Of a DNA stretch of 64,000 nt, positions 27,656-40,970 are shown piece after piece. Each line of letters begins with the position of its first letter. Position 1 is the stretch's first letter. The stretch spans positions 131,874,001 through 131,938,000 of the forward strand of contig OX597818.1 of assembly GCA_951406725.2 (NCBI GenBank), in the 5' to 3' direction. The notes beneath the pieces are model-generated. The model made no database searches, had not been told where the DNA came from, and saw only the letters and a list, made by a program, of their open reading frames with translations. Source of the DNA: Octopus vulgaris (taxonomy: Eukaryota). Made by a program: the position numbers and the translations under genes.

Positions 27656-28291
27656 CTATTGTATGGGTAGTATGAGTGTCAAATATGAATTTGATAAGGC
27701 CTGTATTTGATTTTGAAGTATTACTACCATTCACTACTTTAACTTATTTGTAAGGCAACGTTGTATATGTATTCAATTCTCTTAAATCAAATACAAACTA
27801 TCCCAAAAAGCAAGTTAAAGTTCAAGCAGTATGAACTCAACAGCTGTAAGATATGTCATTCTCTACTGAAGAAAGACAAACGTTTTTCACTGGAACACAG
27901 ATAATTTTACACACCTGATAAGAAATGTGATAACTCATTGCACATTTTGGTCAAAATTATAGTATGAGCATGCAAAAGTTTATTTTTACTGCAATATTTT
28001 TCTGTTTCAAACATTCTTTAATTAGCATACAGCAGGCTTTATAGAAACATAATTTTAATTGGCTTGCTATATAATAAAACATGAAAGGAGACAATTTTAT
28101 TTATCTGATATAAAGTACAAAAAAAGATGTTCTTTAGATATTTTTGGAAGCATTTTGGAAGTTATAGTCAAAACTAGTTTTAACAAGTAGAGTGATAGTA
28201 AATTACAAGTCATAAAGTGAAAGGAATTGAATACAGAGTGGCTAAGGAAATATTTTTACCAATAATTTATATAATTCAATATGACTATATT

Positions 28292-28496
28292 CTCTAGAGT
28301 GGTAAAACCAGCAGAAACATTAGCACACCAGGCAAAATGCTTTGCAGAATTTCCTCCATCTTTATGTTCTGAGTTCAAATTCCACCAAGATCAACTTTCT
28401 GTTGATAAAATAAGTACTAGTTGAACATCAGGATTGAGGTAATTGACTTACTCCTCACCTAAAATTGCTGGCCTTATGTCAAAATTTGAAACCAAT
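28292..28496 (+). mobile_element. older SINE family B copy, tail 2, with 13-bp TSD
   Basis: GAGTTCAAATTCCACCAAGATCAACTTT...GATAAAATAAGTACTAG, with tail AAATTGCTGGCCTTATGTCAAAATTTGAAACC. CAATATGACTATA is repeated at 28277-28289 and 28493-28505. Confidence 0.8.
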
Positions 28497-29592
28497 ATGA
28501 CTATAAAAATAAAATATAGAATAATAAACATATCCTATACATGTGGTATTTCTGTGAAGAAAATCAACTGTTTCAATTATTTTACTTATTAAAAGGAATG
28601 TGCAAAAATAAAAGACAACATCAAGAAATTAATATTTTTGATCAATTGCCAATAACTTCAAGATAAAAACTGCTATTGCCACATATAGAATAGACCTCCA
28701 TTTTAAAAATGTCATATTTTTACAAGCCAAAATAAAATTATATTGCATTTCCAATATTAGTTGAAAGGCTTGAAAAAAGAATAATAGATTCTGTAAACCT
28801 ATAAATAAAACATTTGATAATCTTATCTTAGTGCCACTTAACATGAAAGTTTTGTTATGACCTAAAGATTATACAAGCTATTGATATATTTTCTTTACCT
28901 TCAACAAAATTTTATTAAAAAAAAAGCAAAATATTATAAACACTAGATAATTTTGTAGAATATGGATCTATATGAAGGTTATTATCTATGGTCATAATGA
29001 TTATATTGTGAAATTGCATAGGGTCAGATAAAATTGTAAAGAAATGTGTAGTGACTGGTTAATTTGTGTAATGTTAATATGCCCGAGTTAAAAGTCATAA
29101 TAAACCAGTTGTTACAACAGACATAAACTTACATATGCTAAAATTTTATAAAGACATATTCCAATAAATGTATCTTATAGATTAAAACTTATAACCTATT
29201 GATGAAAATAGTTAACAATTAGATGCTGTCAATTTTTAATAGGCTTTCAAATATAAATATCAGCTTCGGAATGAAAGTATATCAAGTGCCAATCCACATT
29301 TTAAAACCGAAAATGAGAAATATTGAATCAAATTGAAACAAATGAGAAGCTTAATAGAAAGCATAAAATGCAAAATTGTACTCAACAAAAGCATTTAAGT
29401 TCAACGCAAATATATTTCCCAAAAGGAAAATTCTAAACTATAATATTTGTGAAAATGATCATTACAGTAATGGATAAGACAAATGAGTACACTGATAAGC
29501 TGTATTACTGAAATTAGTCCTCATGTAACTCTAGAGAAGGTTATGGAATTACCACATGAAGGGCAGGGCTTCAGCAATATTTTAATGATCTA

Positions 29593-29733
29593 TTAGGTTG
29601 TCCCAAAAGTTCGTAAACACTTGCGAAAATTGAATTTTTACTTGCCAAATACTAACAAAAACAACAAAAATTATTCCTCAAAATAAAGACCATTATTTTC
29701 TAAGACTTTCTACGAACTTTTGGGACAACCTTA
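29593..29733. mobile_element. 141-bp mariner-type MITE (inverted relative to 10741 copy)
   Basis: Same TIRs and TA flanks. Four substitutions versus the first copy. Confidence 0.93.
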
Positions 29734-30134
29734 TATTAGAATTACAGGACTAATTACTTTATCTGGAAAGCATAAAATTGTCCATAAAGCGTAAATATAG
29801 ATGTACTAGACACACTAAAAATAACGTTCAAAAGAATATTCTCAAAACATAATTTAATAACCTTTATAAATCTAACAAGTAACATAAGTTTAATATGTTA
29901 TATCTTCAATATCAGAATAAATTAGTAACTTATGTCAAAAACAAAATAACTAGAGTATATTTAACATCTCAAATCTAACCTTTGAAAAGTTTCCATTCAT
30001 TTTTTACTAAAAAAAAAAATATGGGATCAAACATTCATATTAGCTCCAATTAAAAGGAAACTAAGATTATATAAATCATCTCCAACAAGGACACAATACA
30101 ATTTCAATTAGAAATAATTTTCAAGTGCAAAAAT

Positions 30135-30404
30135 CATGTGTGTATGCATGTGTGTGAGGACAATTATGTAGATAGAGAAATAGAAAGCAGTGCAGATATA
30201 CAAAGGTACATGCAGACAAATATACAAGGGAGAGGTACAAATAGATATACAGACAGATGTGCAAGCAGACAGATTAGCAGATGCAGAGATGGACATGGAA
30301 GCATATAAGCATATGTATACAGAGCTGTGTATAGACAGGAAATATAGACATACATACACAAGTAGATGCATTGACAAATGTATAAGTATATGCACATACA
30401 CACA

Positions 30405-30462
<58 letters not shown>
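30135..30462. repeat. degenerate (ACAG/ATAG/AT) low-complexity tract ending in perfect (TG)n
   Basis: Directly visible. (TG)n spans 30407-30462. Confidence 0.85.
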
Positions 30463-30464
<2 letters not shown>

Positions 30465-32791
30465 ATTGTAAAGAATTAATTCAGCTTCGTCTCAATGAAA
30501 AATTCAGTTCGACAAGGGGTAGTTCAATCCAAATTAAGAACTACAACACTTTTTAATCTGCCATATTTTAAAGTATAGTTATAATGTTTTCAAAAGAATG
30601 TTAATTTAATGACAGACTTGTAAGTCTTGACAAACTCAAAAGTGTATTTTGAAAGTTACAGGCTCATCTTCATAGTTAAATTTTTAAATTAAAAATGAAA
30701 AAAAAAAAAAAAGTAATGTTACAAAGTCTAACTTGTGATTTCCAATTTCTTTTAAGCTACTACTCTAATTGGCTTATTTTGGTGATGCCCTCACAAATAA
30801 TTACAGTAGAAAATATTTCTTTCAACAATTTAAATATTAAAATTGAGGAAAAATGTTACAATGTTCATGAAGCTTACAGACTTCCTAGTGTATTGTGATT
30901 TAAAAAAAATGAAAAAAATATGGATCTAATCACACATACACACACGTGCATGTGTGCATATATAAAAATTTATATCAATAATCACATTGTCTCTAATAAT
31001 TATATTCTTCTGACATACTCATTCTATTCTTAAAGTTTCACAAAGAAACTTGGCCTAAAAGAAGCATAGCTAACTTTCTCCAGTATGACATGATCTACAG
31101 TGGTGCTGTCTACAAACTTTTCAGTTGTCATTTTTATTTTCTGATTCATACAGATTTTCAGTCTTTCTATTTCATGATATATTTTATTATAATAGCTTTA
31201 GTTTTTCTTATTGTGTTATCAATTCAAGTAAAACGTATCATGTACCAGTTTGAAAAGTATTTAGCCTTAAGGCTCTTTTAATAGATGTTCTATTCTATTC
31301 CGTTACAACTAATGATTTTGCTCTTAGCAACTTTCATTCTATTTCATTTGCCTTGCTGCTGAACAAAATTTTGCCTTGGGCAGCTTTGTGTAAAAGTGTA
31401 AATCTCATCTTTTTTAATAACATACCTTTCTCAAATTTTTTTTACCAGTTGACGTTTGTGATGAGAATAGTAATAAAATGGTGGTTCTTAACACTGAATT
31501 ATATACTTTTTATAACAGTATAATTTATCCACATCATGATAACTGTCCAAACTACATCACTGGAAACAAGTCAAAGATTTTTTTCTATAAGCTATTCCAA
31601 GTTGAAGATATAAGGTTGTTAAAAATATCTATTTTATTTATTTTAGATAAAATAGGGTGCATTTTTCATTAGAATAAAATTGCCTAACCTAGAAAATAGA
31701 GGAAAAACAAAATCTAAAACAAAACAAAAAAGAAATCTCCCTAAGAAACACAATATATCTTCATTCGAGAACTTGTCAGGATTTTTAATTTTTCTATGCT
31801 TACATTAGGATTTCTTACTAAATATGGTGAATTTTATAGGCTACATGTTTCAAACATTATATAAATAATTTGGATTGAGTAAATGTTAAATATCTAAGAT
31901 AGGAGTAAGCCGACATAAAGTGAAACAACTCAAACAGAATTAGTTCAAGATGAAAATGGATAAAATTTGATTTACTCAGAAACTACATTTAAGTAAACTT
32001 ATTTTATTTTATACAAATTAATAAGTTATTACATTCTTCTTAAGTTCATTTCCATGACTGGAAAGTACAATAACATTTTCAAAAACTAAAGAAAAATTTC
32101 AGTTATTTCTTAGTTATTACTAAAATAAAAGACAGCATTTTCTTTGTTATGGGGAAAAGTGAGTATGTATTTATATTCCAAATAAAAAAAAAAAAAAAGC
32201 TTACTTTCTAAAAGATGGAAATGAAATTTGTGCCCAGCATTCATGACCAAGACATTATATACTGGATGACTTTGTTCCAGATAGATATAATGAAGTACAC
32301 TGCTAAATATAGTGCAATAACAATGTAATTATATGCTCTCTGAAAGCTAGAGCTGACATAGTATTCTTTAACCAATATTATTCTTATGTGAAAGTGAGAT
32401 AAATATAAATTATTGCTATTTGGGAACCAGATTTTTTGCACTCTAAATGATATGTTAATTATTTGTGTATACTTCATATTAACTGAAACTTAAATTCAAA
32501 TTTTTTCTTAGATAATATCTGATATGGAAGACAATAACAGTTCATTGGATGGTAATAAATGTTCTAGGAGGGCAACAATGGCAAAAGTTAATAGATATAT
32601 TGACATAGAAAGCATTATAAAGGTCAGAAACTAAACGTAATAATTAGGGAAAAGTAAGAAATCTAAATTTTTTTTAATCAAGGAGAAACAGTAAATAGTT
32701 AAGACTCAATTCTCCCTAAAGGCAACGATTGTATTGTCTAAAAATAGCATGAATTTAAAATCAAAATTGGATTTTTGTACAAATTAAAATA

Positions 32792-33006
32792 ATCCTTTCT
32801 ACTATTTGGCATAAGGCCTGAAATTTTGAGGGAGAGGTAAGTCGATTACATTGACCCCAGCACTCAACTGGTACTTAATTTATCGACCCTGAAAGGATGA
32901 AAGGCAACGTCAACCTCGATGGAATTTGAATCCAGAATGTAAAGACAGACAAAATGCGACTAAGTATTTTGCCTGACATGCTAATGATTCTGCCAGTTCA
33001 CCTTCA
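32792..33006 (-). mobile_element. older SINE family B copy, tail 3, with 15-bp TSD
   Basis: Meta-like core present. GTACAAATTA(A/G)AATA is repeated at 32777-32791 and 33010-33024. Confidence 0.85.
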
Positions 33007-33284
33007 TCAGTACAAATTAGAATATTGTGAGACTATCAGCATTGTTTTGTATTTTTAACCCATCAGCAAATGAAAACAAAGTGTTACATCAAAAATATTA
33101 ATTTTACTTTATACCTTTTATTTTGTGCCAAAATAAATGCAGTTCCATGCAATATATCCATCATATTTCATATCATTTCTTATCTCATCAAAGAGTTTTA
33201 CAGATAAGAGGATGAGAAATAGTGGAATACTTAATAAAACCTTTTGGTTGCAGTGTCCTATGCCCAACTTCAATAGTACCAGAT

Positions 33285-33625
33285 ATTGGTTTCAAATTTT
33301 GGCATAAGGCCAGCAATTTTGGGAGTTTAACTGGTATTTATCATATTGACCCTGAAAGGATGAAACGCAAGTAGAACTCTTGATTGATGGTTTGGCTCTG
33401 CGGGGTGAATCCTCAATGCACAATACCACATTTCTGGGGTTGATGTTCATGACTTTCTTGATCATTCATTGTCTTCTAAGGATGTTCCTCTGCTTTTGAA
33501 GCATTTGTGCCACTTGAAACATTGCATACAACCCATTGCCTCATCGCTGTAAGCTTGCTGAAACATGCTCGATGTCTCTGTAGCAGACTTCCCAAATTTA
33601 ACGCAAAGTCAACCTTGATGGAATA
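33285..33625 (-). mobile_element. SINE family B fragment (tail 2) interrupted by a mariner-derived insertion
   Basis: SINE sequence GACCCTGAAAGGATGAAACGCAA resumes as AAAGTCAACCTTGATGGAAT after a ~238-bp insert. Confidence 0.8.
33370..33607 (-). repeat. ~238-bp duplicate of internal mariner segment 37579-37816
   Basis: Direct alignment shows about 7 substitutions and no TIRs. Confidence 0.92.
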
Positions 33626-36600
33626 GTGTAACCAACAAATTACATTACTAAGGTTAAGTTTCCCCAGGAATTGAAACTAGCATGCAAATTCACCTCACTA
33701 CAGAAATAAAAGAAAGGTGACAAGTATTTTTAGAAATTATCAGGGTCAGGTATTTATTAACTCAGTGGAAGTTTAATCACAAAGGTTTAGAAAATTATAT
33801 TTATTAGTTCTCTATGACCAGATCTGCAAGTAAAATCATGCAGTGTACGCTTATTAATTCTATATTGCGTAGGAATTATTGAGGAGATTATTATAGTAAC
33901 TCAGATCTGTTGGTTACAGTAAACAGATCTGTGGAAACTGGAGATACACTCTAGCCTAATTTAAAAAAGATAAATGCATTAGATAGCCTATCATCTGAAA
34001 GGTCAAAATCAGAATAGTTCCTTTTGAACACTTTATAGTTCAGAATATTTTCAAATCACCAAATTCTATTCATTCAATTTATGAAAGAGTAACATTACTA
34101 ATTTGTTTTTCAAAGCTTAATCTTTTCATTTACTTAAAGCTGGACAAAACCTATCATTACTTCACACTTATGAATGCTGTAAGATGCATAATATTTATGC
34201 CTTTTATTCAACATTTATTTGAAAATCAGCCTGTACATTACATTTGTTTTGTTTTTTAGCTTTAGACAGCAATAAACTTCATGAGGAGAATTGAATTTTC
34301 TTCAAATATTTGTTACTTCAATAGCATTTTATAAAATAAAATTAAACCAACTTTTCAATTTGAATTGAAGAAATATATAAAAACTAAGTTACTCCAATGT
34401 AATTATACATCAACAAAATTGAATGGTTTCTATCTGATTTTTGTACAGACTTAATCTTCTATGAAATAGACGTATTCATAAAAATGAAGATTATAGGGAT
34501 AAGGCAATAATTGGATCCTTTATTTGAAAAGACTAGCATATGTAAAAAAAGTTATTTCATAGCAAATATTGATTTAGAAAATTAGGCCCATGATCTAAGT
34601 CTTTGCTTTAGCTAAACGACACACTGTTATAAATTATCTATCCAGTTTCTAATTGTCTTTTTATTGTAATCCAAAGTATAAATTTTTTTTCAATACTTTA
34701 AATGCATTATAACATTAACTAAAATAACAATGTAACATATTTGAACTATTAAAATTAAATAGTGCCTATTAACAATTAATATTATCAGGTAAGTTGGTCA
34801 TTCAGCTACCAATTAACAAATGGAATGTGAAATATTTACAGAAAGAAAAAAACATCTTAATATCTAATCATCCATTTTCACACACAAAAAATTTGTAGAA
34901 TTAAATGAAGTGATTTTCTTGCATATTTAAATACATGAAGGTGTTTTTATTTTGCCTTTTTTATTTCTAATTTTGCAATCGATATGTTTCACCAATTTAA
35001 TTCAATAGTGCTAAAATTTCATTCACTCCTAAGTGTAACCCTAATCTACCTTCTTTATATCAAATGGTTCTGCATGATAATACACTTTTAAAATCAAAAA
35101 ATTTACTTAACATTTTGACAGGTTCTGAAGCTTAGAATTATTCTTAAGTGTGACTTTGAATAAATAGGTAGGATGATACAACTAACACAATGAAAACAAC
35201 AAATTTAAAACAGTCATTTCTGCAAAACAGTACTAAGAGATGTAAGTCACGTCTAAAATGATAATCTTACATTGATTATTCTAAAGAAGACCTTTTTAAA
35301 AATGAAAATCCAACTTCTTTTCATAAAATTTATGTTTTCAGAACAGCTTACCAATATATTTACATATTGCTGTCAAAACATCTCTTTGTGCAAAAGTAAA
35401 CCCTATCTTTATGTTCTGTGTGTGAATACATCTCAAGGATTATTCAATGAATTTATACTAATTTGTGAACTTTTATATCTATGGTAGAAGAAAGAACATC
35501 ATAAATATGCATGAGCTTTTTCATATTACAGTATTTCAATCAATAATTTTCCATAGCTAATTTTTCTCAACTTATAATTCATGTTTATACAAACCTCTTT
35601 TTAACTTCAATAGACTAGACATTTTGTTTTTCTTTTCAGAGTAATAAACTTTGAGAGACATAGTTGCTATACTAAATAGACAAATAAAAAATATAGATTA
35701 CTGTAGTTTACAGGTTCTTTTTCTTACAGCTGAGAGTCAGAGCTTTTAAATGCACAGCTACAGGAAAAAAATTATACAGAAAATTAGCTATCATCACTTA
35801 TTTTCCTAGAAACATTTTGTTTTTATTACCAGTACAAAAGTAACTTGACATATTAAACTAGAAAAACATCTGAAATATCTTTACATAAATTTTTATATCT
35901 TTTTGATACTTGTTTCTAACGAAGTACAATAACAGAGAAAATTTAGAACATGAATACCTAAAGGTACAGAATCTTACCCTTACTTAAAAAAAAGAACAAA
36001 CATATATAGTAGCAAATTATGGAAATCCTATAACCTTATTTATTGTATACTAAGACAAAAATTCTGACTTAAACTGAGAACATATTGATATACATATATG
36101 AATGTGTTTCACATTTCTTATTCCCTATAAACACAGTTTGAATAGTTCTTCATATTCAGAGTTACTTGTAAGGAAGCAAATCTACTTTAGTTGGAGAAAC
36201 TGAGAAAGAAAGTTATTTATATGTGAGAGTGACAATACAATGTTAACAACAAGGTTTATTCCACAACCTTTGAATGAATGAACTCCATCTTATGCATTTC
36301 ACCTGAAGATCTCTGGAAGAAAAGCCAGATCTTATTCCTCCAAAAATCAAACATTATCTAAAACTTTGAAATACACACAATAATTGCAGCAGTAGCTTAT
36401 ACACTGAATCAGAATTATTTATTTTACCAAACAAAGATACAACTATGTGCATATGTGTATATAATTTAAGATAAATCTCAATAATTTAGCAGTTAATTTT
36501 AATTTTGCAATGCAATAAATTGTCCCAACAGGAACTGGGATTACTGAAGATCAGCTCAAAGTTAACATTTTAATTGTTAAATACAGAATTGCAAAATTCA

Positions 36601-37217
36601 GTTTACAATAAATCTATACATAACAGTCATGCTATGAAAAATAAAATTTCTGTAGTTCATCAGTAAGACAATATTTATCAAAAGACTGCTGAGAATAGTT
36701 TGTTATTATTGGCCAGTATTTAACTTGCAAATTAGAGTATAAATCTTCTTTAAAAAAAAAGTAAATAGTAACATCCAGAAAGATGAAATGTAATTAAATT
36801 GCTTTCAAATTTATTTAATTTCATTATATTAAGGCTTTAAAAAAGGATGTTTTATTTTACTTGTTCTACGGAGATATCTTTCTATGCAAATATCCAAATG
36901 GATTATTATTCATCATTTTATAGACTGAAAACTTTCTGTAAACAATTCTTATATTTTCCAAAAACTTTTTCTCCTCATATATGTAGCATCTTCACATGAC
37001 TAGTGCAAACAACTAGATCACAGAAACATTATATATTATCAACAATTAAGTACAAAGTTGCCAGGTTTCTGAAGGATAAAAATTTTACTACTTCTCACTG
37101 GCATATGCAAATCACTAATCCATTAGTATCTTGATGAGCTTTTTACATATATATATATATATATATATTCCCTCTCTTCTGCATAAGATAGAATCTACAC
37201 ATTCGGATTTCTTGCTA

Positions 37218-38040
37218 CAAGCAGTATCAAAATGTTAATGGACTAGTTATGTTTGATAAAAAATAACTTATTTACCTAAGTTTTAACATTGTGCCATTCG
37301 AAATAGTCACCTTGCACAGCAAGCAATATAGCAGTCCCAGTATTCCTGTCACTTTTGGAATCCAGCCTGGGAGTTGTTCTCTGTGAGTGAGTTGAGGACC
37401 TTCTGCGATTCACTTTGGATGGTGGGTGTGGAAGTGATAACGCTTTTGGCAAGAAACTCGTAAGTGAGGAGAGCTCAGTGATAGAGCGCCTTGTCATCAT
37501 GAAGAATCCAATTCTTCACTGGCCACAGATCTGATCACTTTCGCTGAATGTCCTCCCTTAAGCACTTCAAAACTTTGGAGTAGAACTCTTGATTGATGGT
37601 TTGGCTCTGCAGGGTGAATTCTCAATGCACAATACCACATTTCTGGGGTTGATGTTCATGATTTTCTTGATCATTCATTGTCTTCTAAGGATGTTGCTCT
37701 GCTTTTGAAGCATTTGTACCACTTGGAACATTGCATACAACCCATTGCCTCATCGCTGTAAGCTTGCTGAAACATGCTCAATGTCTCTGTAGCAGACTTC
37801 CCAAATTTAACGCAAAATTTCACATTGGCTCTTTGTTCTTGTCCATACCAAAATCACAGACTACAGCATACACATGATCACAAAAACACAAATTTCACAA
37901 CTTGCAAAGTGAACACAGTGATGTCACTCAGCACACTACCTCATGAAGGTCACTGCTAGTTCTCACTGAAAACGCAACTGTATGCTGCCATCTGTTGACA
38001 CACTACAGAACTAGTCCGGGAACTTTTTGATACCACCTCG
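37218..38040 (-). mobile_element. internally deleted mariner transposon
   Basis: TIRs TA|CAAGCAGTATCAAAATGTTAATGGACTAGTT and AACTAGTCCGGGAACTTTTTGATACCACCTCG|TA. Minus-strand N-terminus EQRANVKFCVKFGKSATETLSMFQQAY and C-terminus ..VQGDYFE. Confidence 0.9.
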
Positions 38041-39514
38041 TACATGTCAATCCCAATCAAAATATGTACTTCCCTGCACTTATACCTGGATTTCATTATC
38101 CACAGTCATTCAATCTGTTTGAAATACTAGATAAAATTTCCTTAAATCATGCCCTGCTATCTTAAACAAGAAAACACATTAAGTTACATAATTTTTAATA
38201 TACAAAATGATAGAAAAGTTGAAACTGATTGATCATGGCTGTGCTGGGAGCTAAACAATATTAACTACAAACATATCAATTCAAATTTTCCAATAAATTT
38301 TCCTCTTTATGGAAATCATTAAGAGTAGTTTGAGGAAAATTTGGCCAATTTCAGTAGACCAACTAATTACATAAAAGCTTATTTATTAGCTTCCACTATT
38401 CCTTAATCTTAGCATCAGAATTAGTCCAACAGCCTAGAATTTTTATTCTAAACTAACAGTCAAAACGCAGCATCTACCAGCTTTCTTACAAGTGAAACAA
38501 ATGAATATTTAATAATACTTCAACACTTCCACAGGATTTATACCACACAGTGTTTTTGAAGTATACACAAAGAAAGTAATAAAAAATGTCAACAAATAAA
38601 TTTCATGTAAAGCAATGTAGCATTTTTTTTATCCTATTTACAAATTTAATATAAAATTCTATGAAACTCAGATAATAGGAAAATCTATTAGCCACTACAA
38701 AGCTTCATAAAAGGTGCTTAAACATTATCCTACAACCAAAGAATGGAGACACTGACAATGAGAAAACACTTTATGGTATTCTGATAATAATTCAAATCAT
38801 GTAAACAAATAAAGCAATTACATTAAACACCTCACTACTGAATATGCTAATGATTCCTTTACTGCTTAAGCTAAGCATTTTTTTGTTATCGTGATGCATA
38901 TTTCATTTTCAGTTCATTGACCATCTATAGACAATATTTATTTTATGATCCTTTTAGATAATTATCAAAAGATATGATTTTAGAGTTTTGATGCAATTGA
39001 AGATAACGTTGAGTCCAAAGAAAAACATGCAACATTTTTAAGGCTTCCTAAACTATCTTTGCTTGTAAAAGTAGTTTATTTAAAATACTCAAGTACCCAA
39101 AATTGAAAATGAATATTACTGGCATTACTACAAACAAATGGCAAATCTTTTACCTTCACAATCCTGAAGAATTGGTAGCATCAACATTTTCATATTCTTT
39201 ACCTATCCAGGCTTGAGTCACATAGGTCAACAATAGAGCATCCTACTATGTGTCATAGCCAATGTCAGCATATCAGTGAAACCAACATTCTCAGATCTGG
39301 CTTCACTCACTCTTTTACATACCTAACATATTATGTCACTTACCAGAGTAACTTAATGAATTGTATGAAATAACTTGTGCTGCCTTTAGATCCCTTTTCT
39401 AAGAAAAGAGTTTCCATGAATGTTTATTTTTCCTGAATACTCTGGTCAATGCACATCAACATATTCAAATAATTACAAGCAATTTTTTTTTTAAATAAAT
39501 GTTACATGTACATA

Positions 39515-39685
39515 GGCGCAGGAGTGGCTGTGTGGTAAGTAGCTTGTTTACCAACCACATGGTTCCGGGTTCAGTTCCACTGCATGGCACCTTGGGCAAA
39601 TGTCTTCTACTATACCCTCGGGCCGACCAAAGCCTTGTGAGTGGATTTGGTAGACGGAAACTGAAAGAAGCCCGTCGTATATATG

Positions 39686-39716
<31 letters not shown>

Positions 39717-39921
39717 TTGTCCCCCTAGCATTGCTTGACAACCGATGCTGGTGTGTTTATGTCCCCGTCACTTAGTGGTTTGGCAAAAGAGACCGATAGA
39801 ATAAGTACTGGGCTTACAAAAAGAATAAGTCCTGGGGTCGAGTTGCTCGATTAAAGGCGGTGCTCCAGCATGGCCGCAGTCAAATGACTGAAACAAGTAA
39901 AAGAGTAAAGAGTAAAGAGTA
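39515..39921 (+). mobile_element. SINE family A, full length
   Basis: Same structure as 846-1246, with a (GAGTAAA)n tail. Confidence 0.93.
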
Positions 39922-40564
39922 CAACGAATTCTAATCAGTTCATTCTTCACTAATATTTTATCATCTACATCCTACCAGCAATTTCTGTATATACAACATT
40001 ATACTAGTTTTGTACATAAAGAAATTGCTCTCCAAATTTCTCTCTAATTCATACCAAAATTTCTCTACTTTCACAAGAATTTCTGGGTTCAATTAATAAT
40101 GATCATAGTAATAAATTAGCATGTTTAAAAATAACAGAAAAATGTATTTAAACACCTAATTTGGAAAAAAATTATGGGCTCTCTGTAGTGGAAATGCAGT
40201 TATGAGGTAAGTGATATGTGGTTTCAGACCTTTCAATGGGCTTGTTGTTCTATTATATCAAATCAATACTCATAATGTCCTAACATCATTTCACACTGAA
40301 AATCTTAGTGCTTAATTCAGTCCATAAGATGGAAATAAGAACATTGTAAAAATCTCACGTAACTAAACAGGTTTTTTTTACTTATAATTTGTTTCTCTCT
40401 ATGTGAATTCACAAAAGTGAGATTTATTATTGCTGTTTAGTTTGATATCAACCCTAAACAAATGACCGACTAAGTTATTTCAGCTATAACCAATTTGATA
40501 TTTATGTACACAGTGCATCTGAAACCATACTGTCTCTGCAAACTTTGCATCCTTCCTTTAAGAA

Positions 40565-40722
40565 AGGAGTGGCTGTGTGGTAAGTAGCTTGCTAACCAAC
40601 CACATGGTTCCGGGTTCAGTCCCACTGCGTGGCATCTTGGGCAAGTGTCTTCTGCTATAGCCCCGGGCTGACCAATGCCTTGTGAGTGGATTTGGTAGAC
40701 GGAAACTGAAAGAAGCCTGTCG

Positions 40723-40757
<35 letters not shown>

Positions 40758-40970
40758 TTGTGTGTCTGTGTTTGTCCCCCTAGCATTGCTTGACAACCGA
40801 TGCTGGTGTGTTTACGTCCCTGTCACTTAGCGGTTCGGCAAAAGAGACCGATAGAATGAGTACTGGGCTTACAAAGAATAAGTCCTGGGGTCGATTTGCT
40901 CGACTAAAGGCGGAACTCCAGCATGGCCGCAGTCAAATGACTGAAACAAGTAAAAGAGTAAAAGAGAGTA
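40565..40970 (+). mobile_element. SINE family A
   Basis: Same structure as 846-1246. Confidence 0.93.

Noticed and set aside
32199-32225. 3-nt microexon pattern CTTTTAG|AAA|GTAAGC on the minus strand (similar 14-nt pattern at ~20165-20195 and 49-nt pattern at ~16448-16496)
   Set aside because: A few such patterns are expected by chance in 64 kb of AT-rich DNA, and there is no independent support.
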